Positions 53,844 through 63,302 of a DNA stretch of 64,000 nucleotides are shown here, piece by piece. The stretch covers positions 130,298 through 194,297 of the forward strand of contig DASZVL010000087.1 of the NCBI GenBank assembly GCA_035547035.1, in the 5' to 3' direction. The notes below the pieces were generated by a model. The model searched no databases, had not been told where the DNA came from, and worked only from the letters and a program-made list of their open reading frames with translations. The stretch comes from Mycobacteriales bacterium (lineage in GTDB: Bacteria > Actinomycetota > Actinomycetes > JAFAQI01). The position numbers and the translations under genes are program-made. The first letter of the stretch is position 1, and each line of letters begins with the position of its first letter.

Positions 53844-55055
53844 GTGGATCTTCGCCAGTCGGACAAGCTGCAGAACGTCGTGTACGACGTCCGAGGCCCC
53901 GCGCTGGACGAGGCAGCCCGGATGGAGCAAGAGGGTCATCGGATTCTCAAGCTCAACATCGGCAACCCGGCGCCGTTCGGGTTCGAGGCGCCCGACGAGA
54001 TCCTGCAGGCGGTCACCCGCAACCTCGCGACTGCGCAGGGCTACAGCGAGTCGAAGGGGCTCTACTCGGCCCGTACGGCGGTGGAGCAGTACTACCAGCT
54101 CAGGGGCGTAGACGGCGTCACCGTCGATGACGTCTACCTGGGCAACGGCGTCAGCGAGCTGATCGCCATGACGCTGCAGGCGTTGCTCAACACCGGCGAC
54201 GAGGTGCTGATCCCGGCGCCCGACTACCCGCTCTGGACCGCCACGACGAACCTCTGCGGCGGCCGCGCGGTGCACTACCGATGCGACGAGTCGAACGACT
54301 GGGCGCCGGACCTCGAGCACATGGCAGCGCAGGTCTGCGACCGCACCAAGGCGATCGTCGTCATCAACCCGAACAACCCCACGGGGGCGGTCTACTCACG
54401 CGAGACGCTCGAGGCCATCGTGCAGTTCGCCCGTGAGCACGATCTCGTGATCATGGCTGACGAGATCTACGACAAGATCCTGTACGACGACGCCGAGCAC
54501 ACCGTCCTCGCCTCGATCGCGCCCGACGTCATCTGCCTCACCTTCAGCGGCCTGTCGAAGGCCTACCGCGTCGCCGGTTTCCGTGCGGGCTGGGTCGTGA
54601 TCAGCGGGCCGACGCAGCACGCGGAGAACTACATCGCGGGCCTCTCGCTGCTCGCCAACATGCGGTTGTGTGCGAACGTTCCGGCGCAGAACGCGATCCA
54701 GACCGCGCTCGGCGGCTACCAGAGCATCAACGAGCTGATCCTTCCCGGCGGCCGGTTGCTTGCGCAGCGCGACGTCGCCTACGAGCTGCTCAACGCCATC
54801 CCGGGTGTGAGCTGCACCAAGCCGAAGGGAGCGTTGTACGCCTTCCCTCGGCTCGACCCTGAGGTCTACCCGATCAAGGACGACCAGAAGTTCGCACTCG
54901 ACCTGCTGCGCACCGAGAAGATCCTCGTGACCTATGGCACCGGCTTCAACTGGCCGGATCCGGACCACCTGCGAATCGTCACGCTGCCCAGCGTGGAGGT
55001 GCTGACCGACGCGATCACGCGGATCGGCGACTTCCTCTCGACGTACACCCCGTAG
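53844..55055 (+). CDS. pyridoxal-phosphate-dependent aminotransferase, class I (AlaA/AspC-like)
   Basis: ILKLNIGNPAPFGFEAP, NPNNPTGAVY, and PLP-lysine context FSGLSKAYRVAGFRAGW. Start taken as GTG 53844; the upstream part of ORF 53748 is unlikely to be coding. Confidence 0.9.
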   Translation: MDLRQSDKLQNVVYDVRGPALDEAARMEQEGHRILKLNIGNPAPFGFEAPDEILQAVTRNLATAQGYSESKGLYSARTAVEQYYQLRGVDGVTVDDVYLGNGVSELIAMTLQALLNTGDEVLIPAPDYPLWTATTNLCGGRAVHYRCDESNDWAPDLEHMAAQVCDRTKAIVVINPNNPTGAVYSRETLEAIVQFAREHDLVIMADEIYDKILYDDAEHTVLASIAPDVICLTFSGLSKAYRVAGFRAGWVVISGPTQHAENYIAGLSLLANMRLCANVPAQNAIQTALGGYQSINELILPGGRLLAQRDVAYELLNAIPGVSCTKPKGALYAFPRLDPEVYPIKDDQKFALDLLRTEKILVTYGTGFNWPDPDHLRIVTLPSVEVLTDAITRIGDFLSTYTP

Positions 55056-55069
55056 CCCCTCACCCGCAA

Positions 55070-55113
55070 GTTGTCCGAACCTGCGCCGGTTATAGGCGGC
55101 GCAGGTTCGGACA
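55070..55113. repeat. hairpin element B with GGTTATAGGC apex, related to 31822-31865
   Basis: TTGTCCGAACCTGCGCCG (55070-55087) / CGGCGCAGGTTCGGACAA (55096-55113), perfect 18 bp, loop GTTATAGG. Confidence 0.6.
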
Positions 55114-55132
55114 AGTTGACCGGCCTGGGTGG

Positions 55133-58100
55133 TTACTTCACGGTCAAGGTGAAGGGGATCCGGTCGGGGCTGGGCTCGGCGTCCTGTGACTGCACCGTGA
55201 TCGTGAACGTGTGCCTCCCGGGCTTGAGGCCCTTCGCGGACACGACGACCTCGATCGTGCCGGTCCCCGCGCCGGTGTCGGACCCACCTGCCTTGCCGAC
55301 ACCCTTCGGCGCGACCGTGCCGGAGAAGTCGGCCGCATTCGGGCGCACCCATGAGCGGTTGCTGCCGACGCTGTAGGAGTAGCCGCAGCTGCCCGAGCCG
55401 TCGCTGAGCTCGATCTTCGTCGTCGTCTCCTGGCCCTGCTTGAGCGTCAGGGCGGTCGCCTTCACGTAGCTGCGCAGGTACGGCGTGTAGCTGCCGTTGC
55501 CGAGCCGAAGCCGTGCGTGGACAGTGCGCACAACGCGCGGATCCGCGAGGTCGTAGACCTTGACCGTGCCGTGGTAGGTGCCCTGCTCCATCGCGGGATA
55601 GCCGCCGAGCGCGTTGCCGTTGGCGAGCGAGACCAGTCGGAGCGAGTCGTGATGCCCGGCGGGCGCGGTGCCGTCGGTCGGCACCAGCGCCGGCCCGGGC
55701 CGCGTCTTGACCTTGCCGTGCTGCAGGTCGACGGACAGCCAGCTTCCGATCTCGCTGTCGGGCAGCGCCTGCCAGTGCAGCTTGCTTCCCGGCGCACCGG
55801 CGTTGGAGATCCGCAGCGTCTGCTTCGAGGTCGGGGTCGCCTTGTGACCGGTGGATCCGTTGACCGAGTCGTACAGCTCGTCGTCCCACAGCGGGCCGGC
55901 GCAGGTCGCGATCGTCGGGCGGCCGGAGCTCGTGAGCGCGCCTTCCGAGAAGCGCAGGTGCGTCGTCGACAGCTTCAGCTTCGCCGGCGGCGACACGGAG
56001 TACGTCACGTGCAGCGTCGCCTTGTGACCGTGACTGTCGACGGTGATCGTTCCGTGGCGGGTGCCGGACGACAGGGTGCCCGGAGACACCGACCAGCGCA
56101 GGCTTCCCGGCGCCTTCCCCGACTTCACGTGCAACCACGGCTGGTTGCTGTGCGCGGTGTACGACGCGGACCGGTAGCCGCTGCTCGCGGTGACCGGCGC
56201 GGTCGTCGTCACGCCATGGCGGTACCCGTAGACGCTGACCTGGTCCGGCGTCAGCGTGATCTGCTCCGCTTCCGCGACCAGGTCGGCACCGAGGTCGGCG
56301 GCGTCGTAGCTGCCGAGACCGGTCGCCATGTCGTAACCCTTGCCGGCGGCGTACAGGTGGTGCGGGTTGCAGGCGGCCGGGCAGTCCGCCGGGTCGTACT
56401 GCGCGTCGTTGCTGCCGCTGGTGATGTCGTGGAAGTCGCGCGCGTACTTCGCGGGGTCGGCGGCGACGCGGTAGAGGCTCGGGTTGATCAGCCCGAGCCC
56501 GTTGAGGTGCGATGCCTTCGCCTCCTGGTCCCACAGCAGCGCCGCCGCCGCGGTGAGTGGCGTCGACAGGCTGGTTCCGCCGACCGGCTGCCAGCCGCCG
56601 AGACCGCCGACGTTCGGCAGCGGGACGCCGATCGAACCGGGCAGGCTGCAGTTCGCGGTCGCGCAGAAGAAGGAGTACCCGGGCGAGCCGACGTCCGTCG
56701 TGAACTGCAGCTTGTTGCCCTGCATCCCGAACTCGGGATCGGCATCGGCGGACAGGTCCGGGACCTCGCGGCAGAGCTGTCCCTTCGGGGCACCGCACGC
56801 CGCCCGGCTTGCACCCGGCGCGTGACGTGCAGATGGGAGCGCGTGTTGCCACGCCGGCATCCGCCACAGCGCGCTGACGCCGCCGCCGGTCGCGCCGCCG
56901 TCGTTCCAGGTCGCTTCGTCGCGCGGACCGGGCAGGCCGTTGGCGGTGCGCTCACCGAGGTCGGTGCCTCCGACGCCCGTGACCCAGGGGACCGCGGCCT
57001 CCTGCTCGACGCTGATCGCGTCGCCGGTCGGTGAGGGGAAGATGCCGCTGCAGTCGACCGCTCCCGAGTCGCCGCTCGCGTCGAAGATCTGCTGGCCCTG
57101 CGCAGCGGCTTCCTCGGTGATCTCGGCGTAGAGCCGGTTGTCGGCGGCGCTGTTGAGGTCCTCGCAGTTGCCCCATGACGACGAGATCACCGGCGCGAGC
57201 CGGTCCGTCACGAACTGCGAGTACAGCTCGAGCTCGCCGGTGCTCGTGATCGGTGCGACATAGACGTAGAGGTGCGCGAGCTTCGGAAGCATCTCGAGCA
57301 TCGTCGTGATGTCGGCCATGTCCTCGATCTCGCCACCGGCCGGCGGCCCGCCGGTTCCGCCCGAGACCAGGCGTCGCGTGACAGGAGTGCTGAGGTGGTA
57401 GCAGGACTCGACGCCCTTGACGTTGCTGTCGTGGTAGTCGTCGAACTCGACGAGTGCCGCTGACATGCCCTGCCCGAGGAAGCCCTTCGCGTAGAGGCCG
57501 TTGAAGTCGTACGCCGTCGCCAGCTGCGGTGCGGTGTAGCCGACGCCGGCGACGGCTGCCGCACACGGCGTCGCACCGCCACTTTGCCCGATCGGCCCGA
57601 CTGCCGGAGTCGCGGCCCGCGAGCCTGCCGGGTCCGTCACTCGAGCCTTCGGCACCGGACGTGACGCGTCGTCGAGGCCGATGACGCCCGCCACCGAGCC
57701 GGACAGGCCGGACGGCAGGCGGATGTCATGGATGTTGGCGAAGAACGATCGTCCCGAGACCGTGAAGCTGTGCAGCGCCGTACCGAAGACGCTTTCGAGC
57801 AGCGACACCGGTCCGTTCGCCTCGACGTAGAGATGGTTCGCGGCCGGAGCCGTCACGTGCAGACCGAGCCGCTGTAGCACTCGGGTGACGGTGCCGATCT
57901 CCTGCGCCGGCGCGCCGAACCTCTCCCCGAAGTCCTGCGGGGACAAGAAGCGGTGGAAGCTCGCGCTGTGCGGCTGGTAGACCGAGTCGACGTAGCGGCT
58001 GAGGGCGGCCTGGTCAGGGAGCGCGAGTGGCAGCAGGACGTGTAGCGTCCGGCGGGGGCTGAGTGCACCCAGGTCGGTAGAGGTGTGCACGAGTGCAGGC

Positions 58101-58243
58101 ACCGTGTCGAGCAGCGTGCGGACCGGCTGTGAGATCGCGATGGGCTGCGTCGCGCGCGCGGCCGGTGCCGCAGCCAAGGTGGGCGCAGCGCTGCCAAAGG
58201 TCAGAGCGGCGAGCGCGGCCCCGAGAAGAAGTCGGCGCGACAT
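55133..58243 (-). CDS. secreted S53 (sedolisin) family peptidase with pro-kumamolisin-type activation domain and three C-terminal Ig/BACON-like domains
   Basis: Signal peptide MSRRLLLGAALAALTFGSAAPTLAAAP. Propeptide block SPQDFGERFGAP...LGLHV. Catalytic Ser context GGTSLSTPLTAAAALL. Repeated ~100-aa beta-rich modules fill the last ~350 aa. Confidence 0.8.
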   Translation of the reverse strand: MSRRLLLGAALAALTFGSAAPTLAAAPAARATQPIAISQPVRTLLDTVPALVHTSTDLGALSPRRTLHVLLPLALPDQAALSRYVDSVYQPHSASFHRFLSPQDFGERFGAPAQEIGTVTRVLQRLGLHVTAPAANHLYVEANGPVSLLESVFGTALHSFTVSGRSFFANIHDIRLPSGLSGSVAGVIGLDDASRPVPKARVTDPAGSRAATPAVGPIGQSGGATPCAAAVAGVGYTAPQLATAYDFNGLYAKGFLGQGMSAALVEFDDYHDSNVKGVESCYHLSTPVTRRLVSGGTGGPPAGGEIEDMADITTMLEMLPKLAHLYVYVAPITSTGELELYSQFVTDRLAPVISSSWGNCEDLNSAADNRLYAEITEEAAAQGQQIFDASGDSGAVDCSGIFPSPTGDAISVEQEAAVPWVTGVGGTDLGERTANGLPGPRDEATWNDGGATGGGVSALWRMPAWQHALPSARHAPGASRAACGAPKGQLCREVPDLSADADPEFGMQGNKLQFTTDVGSPGYSFFCATANCSLPGSIGVPLPNVGGLGGWQPVGGTSLSTPLTAAAALLWDQEAKASHLNGLGLINPSLYRVAADPAKYARDFHDITSGSNDAQYDPADCPAACNPHHLYAAGKGYDMATGLGSYDAADLGADLVAEAEQITLTPDQVSVYGYRHGVTTTAPVTASSGYRSASYTAHSNQPWLHVKSGKAPGSLRWSVSPGTLSSGTRHGTITVDSHGHKATLHVTYSVSPPAKLKLSTTHLRFSEGALTSSGRPTIATCAGPLWDDELYDSVNGSTGHKATPTSKQTLRISNAGAPGSKLHWQALPDSEIGSWLSVDLQHGKVKTRPGPALVPTDGTAPAGHHDSLRLVSLANGNALGGYPAMEQGTYHGTVKVYDLADPRVVRTVHARLRLGNGSYTPYLRSYVKATALTLKQGQETTTKIELSDGSGSCGYSYSVGSNRSWVRPNAADFSGTVAPKGVGKAGGSDTGAGTGTIEVVVSAKGLKPGRHTFTITVQSQDAEPSPDRIPFTLTVK

Positions 58244-58615
58244 CTACTGAACGATGACCTTCGCCTTCATGTACGGGTGGATCGTGCAGATGTAGTTGTA
58301 GGTGCCGGGCTTCGAGAAGGTCACGGTGTAGGTCTGGCCCTTCGTCAGCGACGGCGAGTGCATGAACGCGGCGTTGCCCGACCCGGTGACGTTGTGCGTG
58401 ATCGTGTCCTGCTGGACGAACGTGACCTTCGTCCCGGCCTTGACCGTGAGGGTCGAGGGGTGGAACGCGAAGCCTTGGATCGTGACGGTGTGACCGTTCG
58501 AGGTGCTCGCGGGTGGCGGCGTGCTGCCGCCGGAGCTCGAGCTGCCGCACCCGGTGAGGGCGACGGAGACGATCAGACCTGCCGCCGGAAGCATGGCGCG
58601 GCGGGGACGGAACAT
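58244..58615 (-). CDS. cupredoxin-domain lipoprotein (amicyanin-like type-1 copper site)
   Basis: In-frame ATG 58615 with GGAGGAA upstream. Lipobox VALTGC. Copper ligands THNV ... C-T-I-H-P-Y-M. Its stop TAG abuts the ATG of the S53 gene (TAGATG). Confidence 0.85.
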   Translation of the reverse strand: MFRPRRAMLPAAGLIVSVALTGCGSSSSGGSTPPPASTSNGHTVTIQGFAFHPSTLTVKAGTKVTFVQQDTITHNVTGSGNAAFMHSPSLTKGQTYTVTFSKPGTYNYICTIHPYMKAKVIVQ

Positions 58616-58649
58616 GTCGTTCCTCCGGGGGTGAGGCATCGTTTCAGTT

Positions 58650-59363
58650 GTGAGGCTATCGACCGGTGTCGTCGCGCTGCTCGCGGCCGCCCCGCTGCTC
58701 GCCGGCTGCGGCAGTGGCAGCCCCGGCCTGGCGCGGCTCGACGCCACCCAGGTCGGCGACCTGCTGCGCGGCGGTGTGCTGTCGCCGCCCGACGCCGAGC
58801 CTCGCATCGTGCTCACCGACACCGCCGGCCACCGGCTCGACGTCCGCCGCGACGACGGCGCGAAGGTCACCCTCGTGTACTTCGGCTATACGCACTGTCC
58901 CGACATCTGCCCGACGACGATGGCGGACATCGCTGAGGCGCTTCGCGAAAGCACGCCGGAGGTTCGCCGCCAGGTGCAGGTGGACTTCGTGACGGTCGAC
59001 CCGCACCGTGACCGGCCCGAGGTCCTTCGTCGTTGGCTGGACCGCTTCGACCCGTCGTTCGTCGGCCTGCGCGGATCGTTGCGTCAGGTCGTCGCGGCGC
59101 AGCGCGCCGCGGGCGTGCCGGTGAGCAAGGTCGAGCGAAACGGCAAGGCGATCGAGCACTCGACCGAGGTGCTTGCCTACACCCCCGACCGCTTCGCGCA
59201 CGTCATCTACTTCGAAGGCCCGTCGACGATCGACGACCTCCGTCACGACCTGCCGATCCTCGTCAGCGCCGTAGCGTACGGATCATGCGTCACCACGGCG
59301 GGTAGATCCGCCGACTGCAATGATCAGGCCCGAAGCGTTGGAACGACAGACCCAGTTAGGTAG
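58650..59363 (+). CDS. SCO (Sco1/SenC) family copper chaperone / thiol-disulfide protein, lipoprotein
   Basis: Lipobox LLAGC. Thioredoxin-fold CxxxC, FGYTHCPDICP. Conserved downstream His (IEHS). Confidence 0.85.
   Translation: MRLSTGVVALLAAAPLLAGCGSGSPGLARLDATQVGDLLRGGVLSPPDAEPRIVLTDTAGHRLDVRRDDGAKVTLVYFGYTHCPDICPTTMADIAEALRESTPEVRRQVQVDFVTVDPHRDRPEVLRRWLDRFDPSFVGLRGSLRQVVAAQRAAGVPVSKVERNGKAIEHSTEVLAYTPDRFAHVIYFEGPSTIDDLRHDLPILVSAVAYGSCVTTAGRSADCNDQARSVGTTDPVR
58653..58658 (-). promoter_or_regulatory. -10-like TAGCCT for the cupredoxin-sedolisin transcript, located inside codons 2-3 of the divergent SCO gene
   Basis: The minus strand reads GATAGCCTCAC, the same extended motif as upstream of dcd (GATAGCCTCC) and purD (AGTAGCCTCG). 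Confidence 0.3.
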
Positions 59364-59366
59364 AAC

Positions 59367-62072
59367 ATGCGGCCGCTTTCCGAGCTGACGCTCGGCGGTG
59401 AACCCGACGCGGTGCCGAAGGCGCGCCGGTTCACTGCCGAGTCGCTGGAGGCTGAGCCCGAACACCTGGTCGAGGACGCCGAGCAGGTGGTGTCCGAGCT
59501 CGTCACCAACGCGATCCTGCACGGCTTGGAGCCGGTCACGCTTCGCATTCTTCGCGGGGAGCATGCCCTGCGTCTGGAGGTCGAGGACCGCGGCCGGGCC
59601 CTGCCGGTCCTCGCGCGCCCTTCGATGGACGCGATGACCGGGCGCGGCCTGTCTCTGGTCGCGGCGCTCGCCAGCGGCTGGGGCGTCGAGGAGTCCGCTG
59701 CAGGGAAGGTGGTCTGGGCCGAGCTCGCCGAGCAGCCGGGCAAGCTCGAGCCCACTCCCGCCGTCGGCCTGGACATCTCGCTCGAGCCGTCGCCGCAAGC
59801 CGGCCCGCGGCATACCGCGCGGCTGGGCGCCGTGCGTACCGACTTGTTGCTCGCGGCCAAGGCGCACATCGACAACGTCGCGCGCGAGCTGCAGCTGATG
59901 AAGGCGGACGAGGCAGCGGGCGGTACGCCGTTGCCCGGACCGATGGCGGAGCTGGTCGAGGCGGTCACCACTGACTTCGCGGAGGCACGCGAGGGAATCA
60001 AGCGACAGGCACTCGCGGCCGCTGCGCGCGGCGATGACGAGACGGAGCTCGTGCTGACATTGCCGGTGTCCGCGGCCGCAGCGGGTGAGCGCTATCTCGC
60101 CGCGCTCGACGCGGCCGATCGGTACGCACGCGCGTCCCGGCTGCTGACTCTTGCCGCTCCGATCGCGCATCGTGTCTTTCGCCGCTGGTACGTCGGATCG
60201 CTGATCGACCAGCTTCGCGCGGCGGAGCGGGGCGTCGAGCCGCCTCAGACACCTGCCTTCATGCAGGCGCTGGCTGAGGAGGTCGAACGGCTGTCGTTGC
60301 TGGAGGACATTTCCGACCGGTTGCACATCCTGCAGCGGTTCACCGGCGAGCTCACCGGCGCGGCTTCGGTGGCGGAGATCACCGAGGCGGCCGTTCGCAA
60401 CGCCTGCGGAGATCTCGGCGCGCAGACGATCCGGATCTACCTGCTCAGTGAGACGGGGCTACTTCGATCGGTTGCCCATGGCAGCACCATCGACGTCCCG
60501 CAGGTCGACTACCACGAGATGCGTCTCGACGACGACCTGCCTGGTCCGCTGGTGGTGCGCACCGGTGTCGCGATGTTCTTCCGCAACCGTGAGCTGCTGA
60601 CGGCCCGCTTCCCTCAGCTTGCCGGCGTCTACCCGGACGAGATCAGCCTTCACGTCACGCCGCTGCGGGTCGGCGCGCACATGATCGGCTTGATGTCGAT
60701 GACGTTCGGTGCGGTCAGCGAGTTCGACGAGGACACGCAGCGGGCGTTCGTCGGCGCGATGGCCGACGCGACAGCGCAGGCGCTCGAACGGGCACTTGCC
60801 TTGGAGCGCGCCGATGCGGCACGGCGACGGCTCGCGTTCCTCGCCGAGGCGTCGGTCGTGTTCGCGGCGAGCCTGGACCTCCAGGCGACGCTCGACGCTG
60901 TGAACCGGCTGCTGGTGCCGTCGCTCGCCGACTGGTGCATCGTGCAGCTGGTTCGCGACGACGAGCTCGAGATCGCTTCGGTGCATCACTCCGATGCCGG
61001 CCAGGTCGCGTGGGCGAAGAGCATGTCCGGCCGTTTCCCCATGGCCGGACGGCGGCAGGGCGGCGCGCCGACCGTCGTCGCGACCGGCGAGTCGATGTTG
61101 TTCGCTGATCTCGCTCCGGACCTTCTCGAGTCGATGGCGTCGAGCGATGAGCATCGAGACGTCATTCGGGCGCTGGGGATGTCGAGCGCGATGGTGGTTC
61201 CCCTCACCGGGAGAAGCGGCACCTTCGGAGCGATCACACTTCTGTACGCGGACTCGGGCCGGCGCTACGCCCCGGAGGACATGGCGTTCGTCGAGGATGT
61301 CGCTCGCCGTGCGGCGCTGGCGCTCGAGACCGCCGAGACCTTCCGTGAGCAGTCAGGGCAGCTGGCTGACGTACGACGCGTGGCCGACGCGACGCAGCGA
61401 GCGATCCTCGCGCCGGTGCCGCCAAGGCTTGGCGCAGTGTCGTTGGCGGGCCGCTACGTGAGCGCGACCGCCGAGGCGCTCATCGGCGGCGACCTGTACG
61501 AGGTGGTGCCGCGGCCGGGTGGCGTGCGGTTGCTCGTCGGCGATGTGCGAGGCAAGGGCCTCGCTGCGATCCGGATCGCCACGATCGTGCTCGGCGAGTT
61601 CCGTGCGGCGGCAGCCGACATCGGTGACCTCGCCGAGGTCGCCCGCCAGATGGACCGGCGGCTGCGTCCGTATCTGGAGGATGAGGACTTCGCGACCGCA
61701 GTGGTGGCCGACGTCGGCGACGACGGGGCGTACTCGGTCGTCTCGTGCGGTCATCCGGCGCCACTTCTCGTCACCGGCGGAGCAGTCGGCGAGTTGTCGG
61801 TGATGTACTCGCTGCCGCTCGGGCTCGGGGCCGATCCGGATGCGGCCAGTGGCTGGTTGAGCCCGGGTGACCGGCTCCTGCTCTACACCGACGGGGTCAT
61901 CGAGGCGCGCGACCCGGAACGGCGGTTCGTCGACCTCACCTGGGTCGTCTCGCCGCTCGCCGGCGGAGACCTCCAATACGCGCTTGACGACGTCCTCGAG
62001 CGGCTCCACCGTTTCGCCGGAGCACAGCTGGGCGACGACGTGGCTTTCGTGGCGGCCGAGTACAGCCCCTGA
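59367..62072 (+). CDS. multidomain SpoIIE/PP2C protein phosphatase with N-terminal RsbW-like HATPase domain and GAF domains
   Basis: N-terminus VVSELVTNAILHG...EDRG...GRGLSLV (anti-sigma kinase-like). Middle GAF-like regions. C-terminal PP2C/SpoIIE (GGDLYEVV...LVGDVRGKGL...LLLYTDGVIEA...DDVAFV). Confidence 0.85.
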   Translation: MRPLSELTLGGEPDAVPKARRFTAESLEAEPEHLVEDAEQVVSELVTNAILHGLEPVTLRILRGEHALRLEVEDRGRALPVLARPSMDAMTGRGLSLVAALASGWGVEESAAGKVVWAELAEQPGKLEPTPAVGLDISLEPSPQAGPRHTARLGAVRTDLLLAAKAHIDNVARELQLMKADEAAGGTPLPGPMAELVEAVTTDFAEAREGIKRQALAAAARGDDETELVLTLPVSAAAAGERYLAALDAADRYARASRLLTLAAPIAHRVFRRWYVGSLIDQLRAAERGVEPPQTPAFMQALAEEVERLSLLEDISDRLHILQRFTGELTGAASVAEITEAAVRNACGDLGAQTIRIYLLSETGLLRSVAHGSTIDVPQVDYHEMRLDDDLPGPLVVRTGVAMFFRNRELLTARFPQLAGVYPDEISLHVTPLRVGAHMIGLMSMTFGAVSEFDEDTQRAFVGAMADATAQALERALALERADAARRRLAFLAEASVVFAASLDLQATLDAVNRLLVPSLADWCIVQLVRDDELEIASVHHSDAGQVAWAKSMSGRFPMAGRRQGGAPTVVATGESMLFADLAPDLLESMASSDEHRDVIRALGMSSAMVVPLTGRSGTFGAITLLYADSGRRYAPEDMAFVEDVARRAALALETAETFREQSGQLADVRRVADATQRAILAPVPPRLGAVSLAGRYVSATAEALIGGDLYEVVPRPGGVRLLVGDVRGKGLAAIRIATIVLGEFRAAAADIGDLAEVARQMDRRLRPYLEDEDFATAVVADVGDDGAYSVVSCGHPAPLLVTGGAVGELSVMYSLPLGLGADPDAASGWLSPGDRLLLYTDGVIEARDPERRFVDLTWVVSPLAGGDLQYALDDVLERLHRFAGAQLGDDVAFVAAEYSP

Positions 62073-62089
62073 CCGCCGCTGTGCCGGCG

Positions 62090-62986
62090 CTACCCCGCGA
62101 GCGTCTTGGCGCCGAAGACGTTGGTGGGTCGCACGACGTGGATCGGGTCGTCCCATCCGCTGAAGGTCTGCGTCGACTGCTTGAGCCGGCTCTTCACCAC
62201 GAACTCGACGGGTAGCGGGTCGCTGTCGGTGCTGATCCACATCGTCGCGACCGCATGCTTGCCGAACGTCTTGCCGCCCGCGTAGCCGCGAACGCCGATG
62301 ACGTCGACACCGTCGCGGGTGCGCTGCGCCAGCAGCTGGAGCGGACCCGCGATCCGGTCGAGACGCAGGATCGACGGCAGCGTGATCCCGATGGTCGTGC
62401 CCGTGTAGCCGGCCTGTCCGGACGTCAGCGTCAGCCACTGGTGATGGAGGACGGCGACCTCGTCCGCGGTGAACCCGAAGAAATGAGTGAGACCGCGTCG
62501 GTCGCCCGTGAAGTACGTGATCGGGCCGACGACGCGCACCAGGATGTTGCCGCCATAGATGCTGAGGTGCTGCATGCCGCCGCTCTTGGTGCCGTACGTG
62601 TCGAAGATCGACGCGCCGTACCGCTTCGAAGAGTTGCGCGCGATGGTGTGAACCGAGCTCTTCGCCAGGGCGTCGGAAAGCGCTTTGGCGAGCGCCGCCT
62701 GCGCGGCACTTCGTTCCGTCTGGCGCTGCGCCCGATTGCTGAGCGTCGCCGGCGGTGTCGTCCCCGCGGCCGCGATCACGGGATCCGAGTCGACCGTCGC
62801 GGACAGCACGGGGGCGGTCACGGAGGCGGGCGTTGCCGGGTGGGCTGTGCGGCTCACGGCCACTGCTGCGTCGGCGCCGACGAGCGCGACCGCGACGACC
62901 GCCATGACGAGCGCGACCCGCGAGGCGTTGTGGATCGCCACGACTACTGCCCGGGCAGGCTGCCGCCTGGGCCTGGGCTGGGTCAC
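62090..62986 (-). CDS. membrane-anchored hypothetical protein
   Basis: 298 aa with an N-terminal TM anchor (VALVMAVVAVALVGA) and a beta-rich C-terminal domain. No family recognised. Confidence 0.5.
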   Translation of the reverse strand: MTQPRPRRQPARAVVVAIHNASRVALVMAVVAVALVGADAAVAVSRTAHPATPASVTAPVLSATVDSDPVIAAAGTTPPATLSNRAQRQTERSAAQAALAKALSDALAKSSVHTIARNSSKRYGASIFDTYGTKSGGMQHLSIYGGNILVRVVGPITYFTGDRRGLTHFFGFTADEVAVLHHQWLTLTSGQAGYTGTTIGITLPSILRLDRIAGPLQLLAQRTRDGVDVIGVRGYAGGKTFGKHAVATMWISTDSDPLPVEFVVKSRLKQSTQTFSGWDDPIHVVRPTNVFGAKTLAG

Positions 62987-63053
62987 ACCCTGAATCTCGA
63001 CCTTGCCGCGGGAGGGCTTGAGGCGCGCAGGCGCGGCGACGGAGGCCGAGCCG

Positions 63054-63130
63054 TGGTGGGCAGGGGCGGGGTCGAACCGCCGACCTTCCGCTTTTCAGGC
63101 GGACGCTCGTACCAACTGAGCTACCTGCCC
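63054..63130 (-). tRNA. tRNA-Phe (anticodon GAA), CCA encoded
   Basis: Reverse complement GGGCAGGTAGCTCAGTTGGTACGAGCGTCCGCCTGAAAAGCGGAAGGTCGGCGGTTCGACCCCGCCCCTGCCCACCA. Anticodon stem TCCGC/GCGGA, loop CTGAAAA, T-loop TTCGACC. Confidence 0.92.
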
Positions 63131-63302
63131 GTTGCGGCCGGAGCCGCAGGGACCGCATGAGTCTACGGGCTTGTGGCCGGTCACCTGTGGCCGACCTGAA
63201 ATCGGTCAAAAGGAACTATAGATACCCAGTCATGCTGTCGAGTAACGTTGGCATCACATATCGCCCAGCACCTGTCATCGAACCACCACGGGGAACCCAG
63301 AC

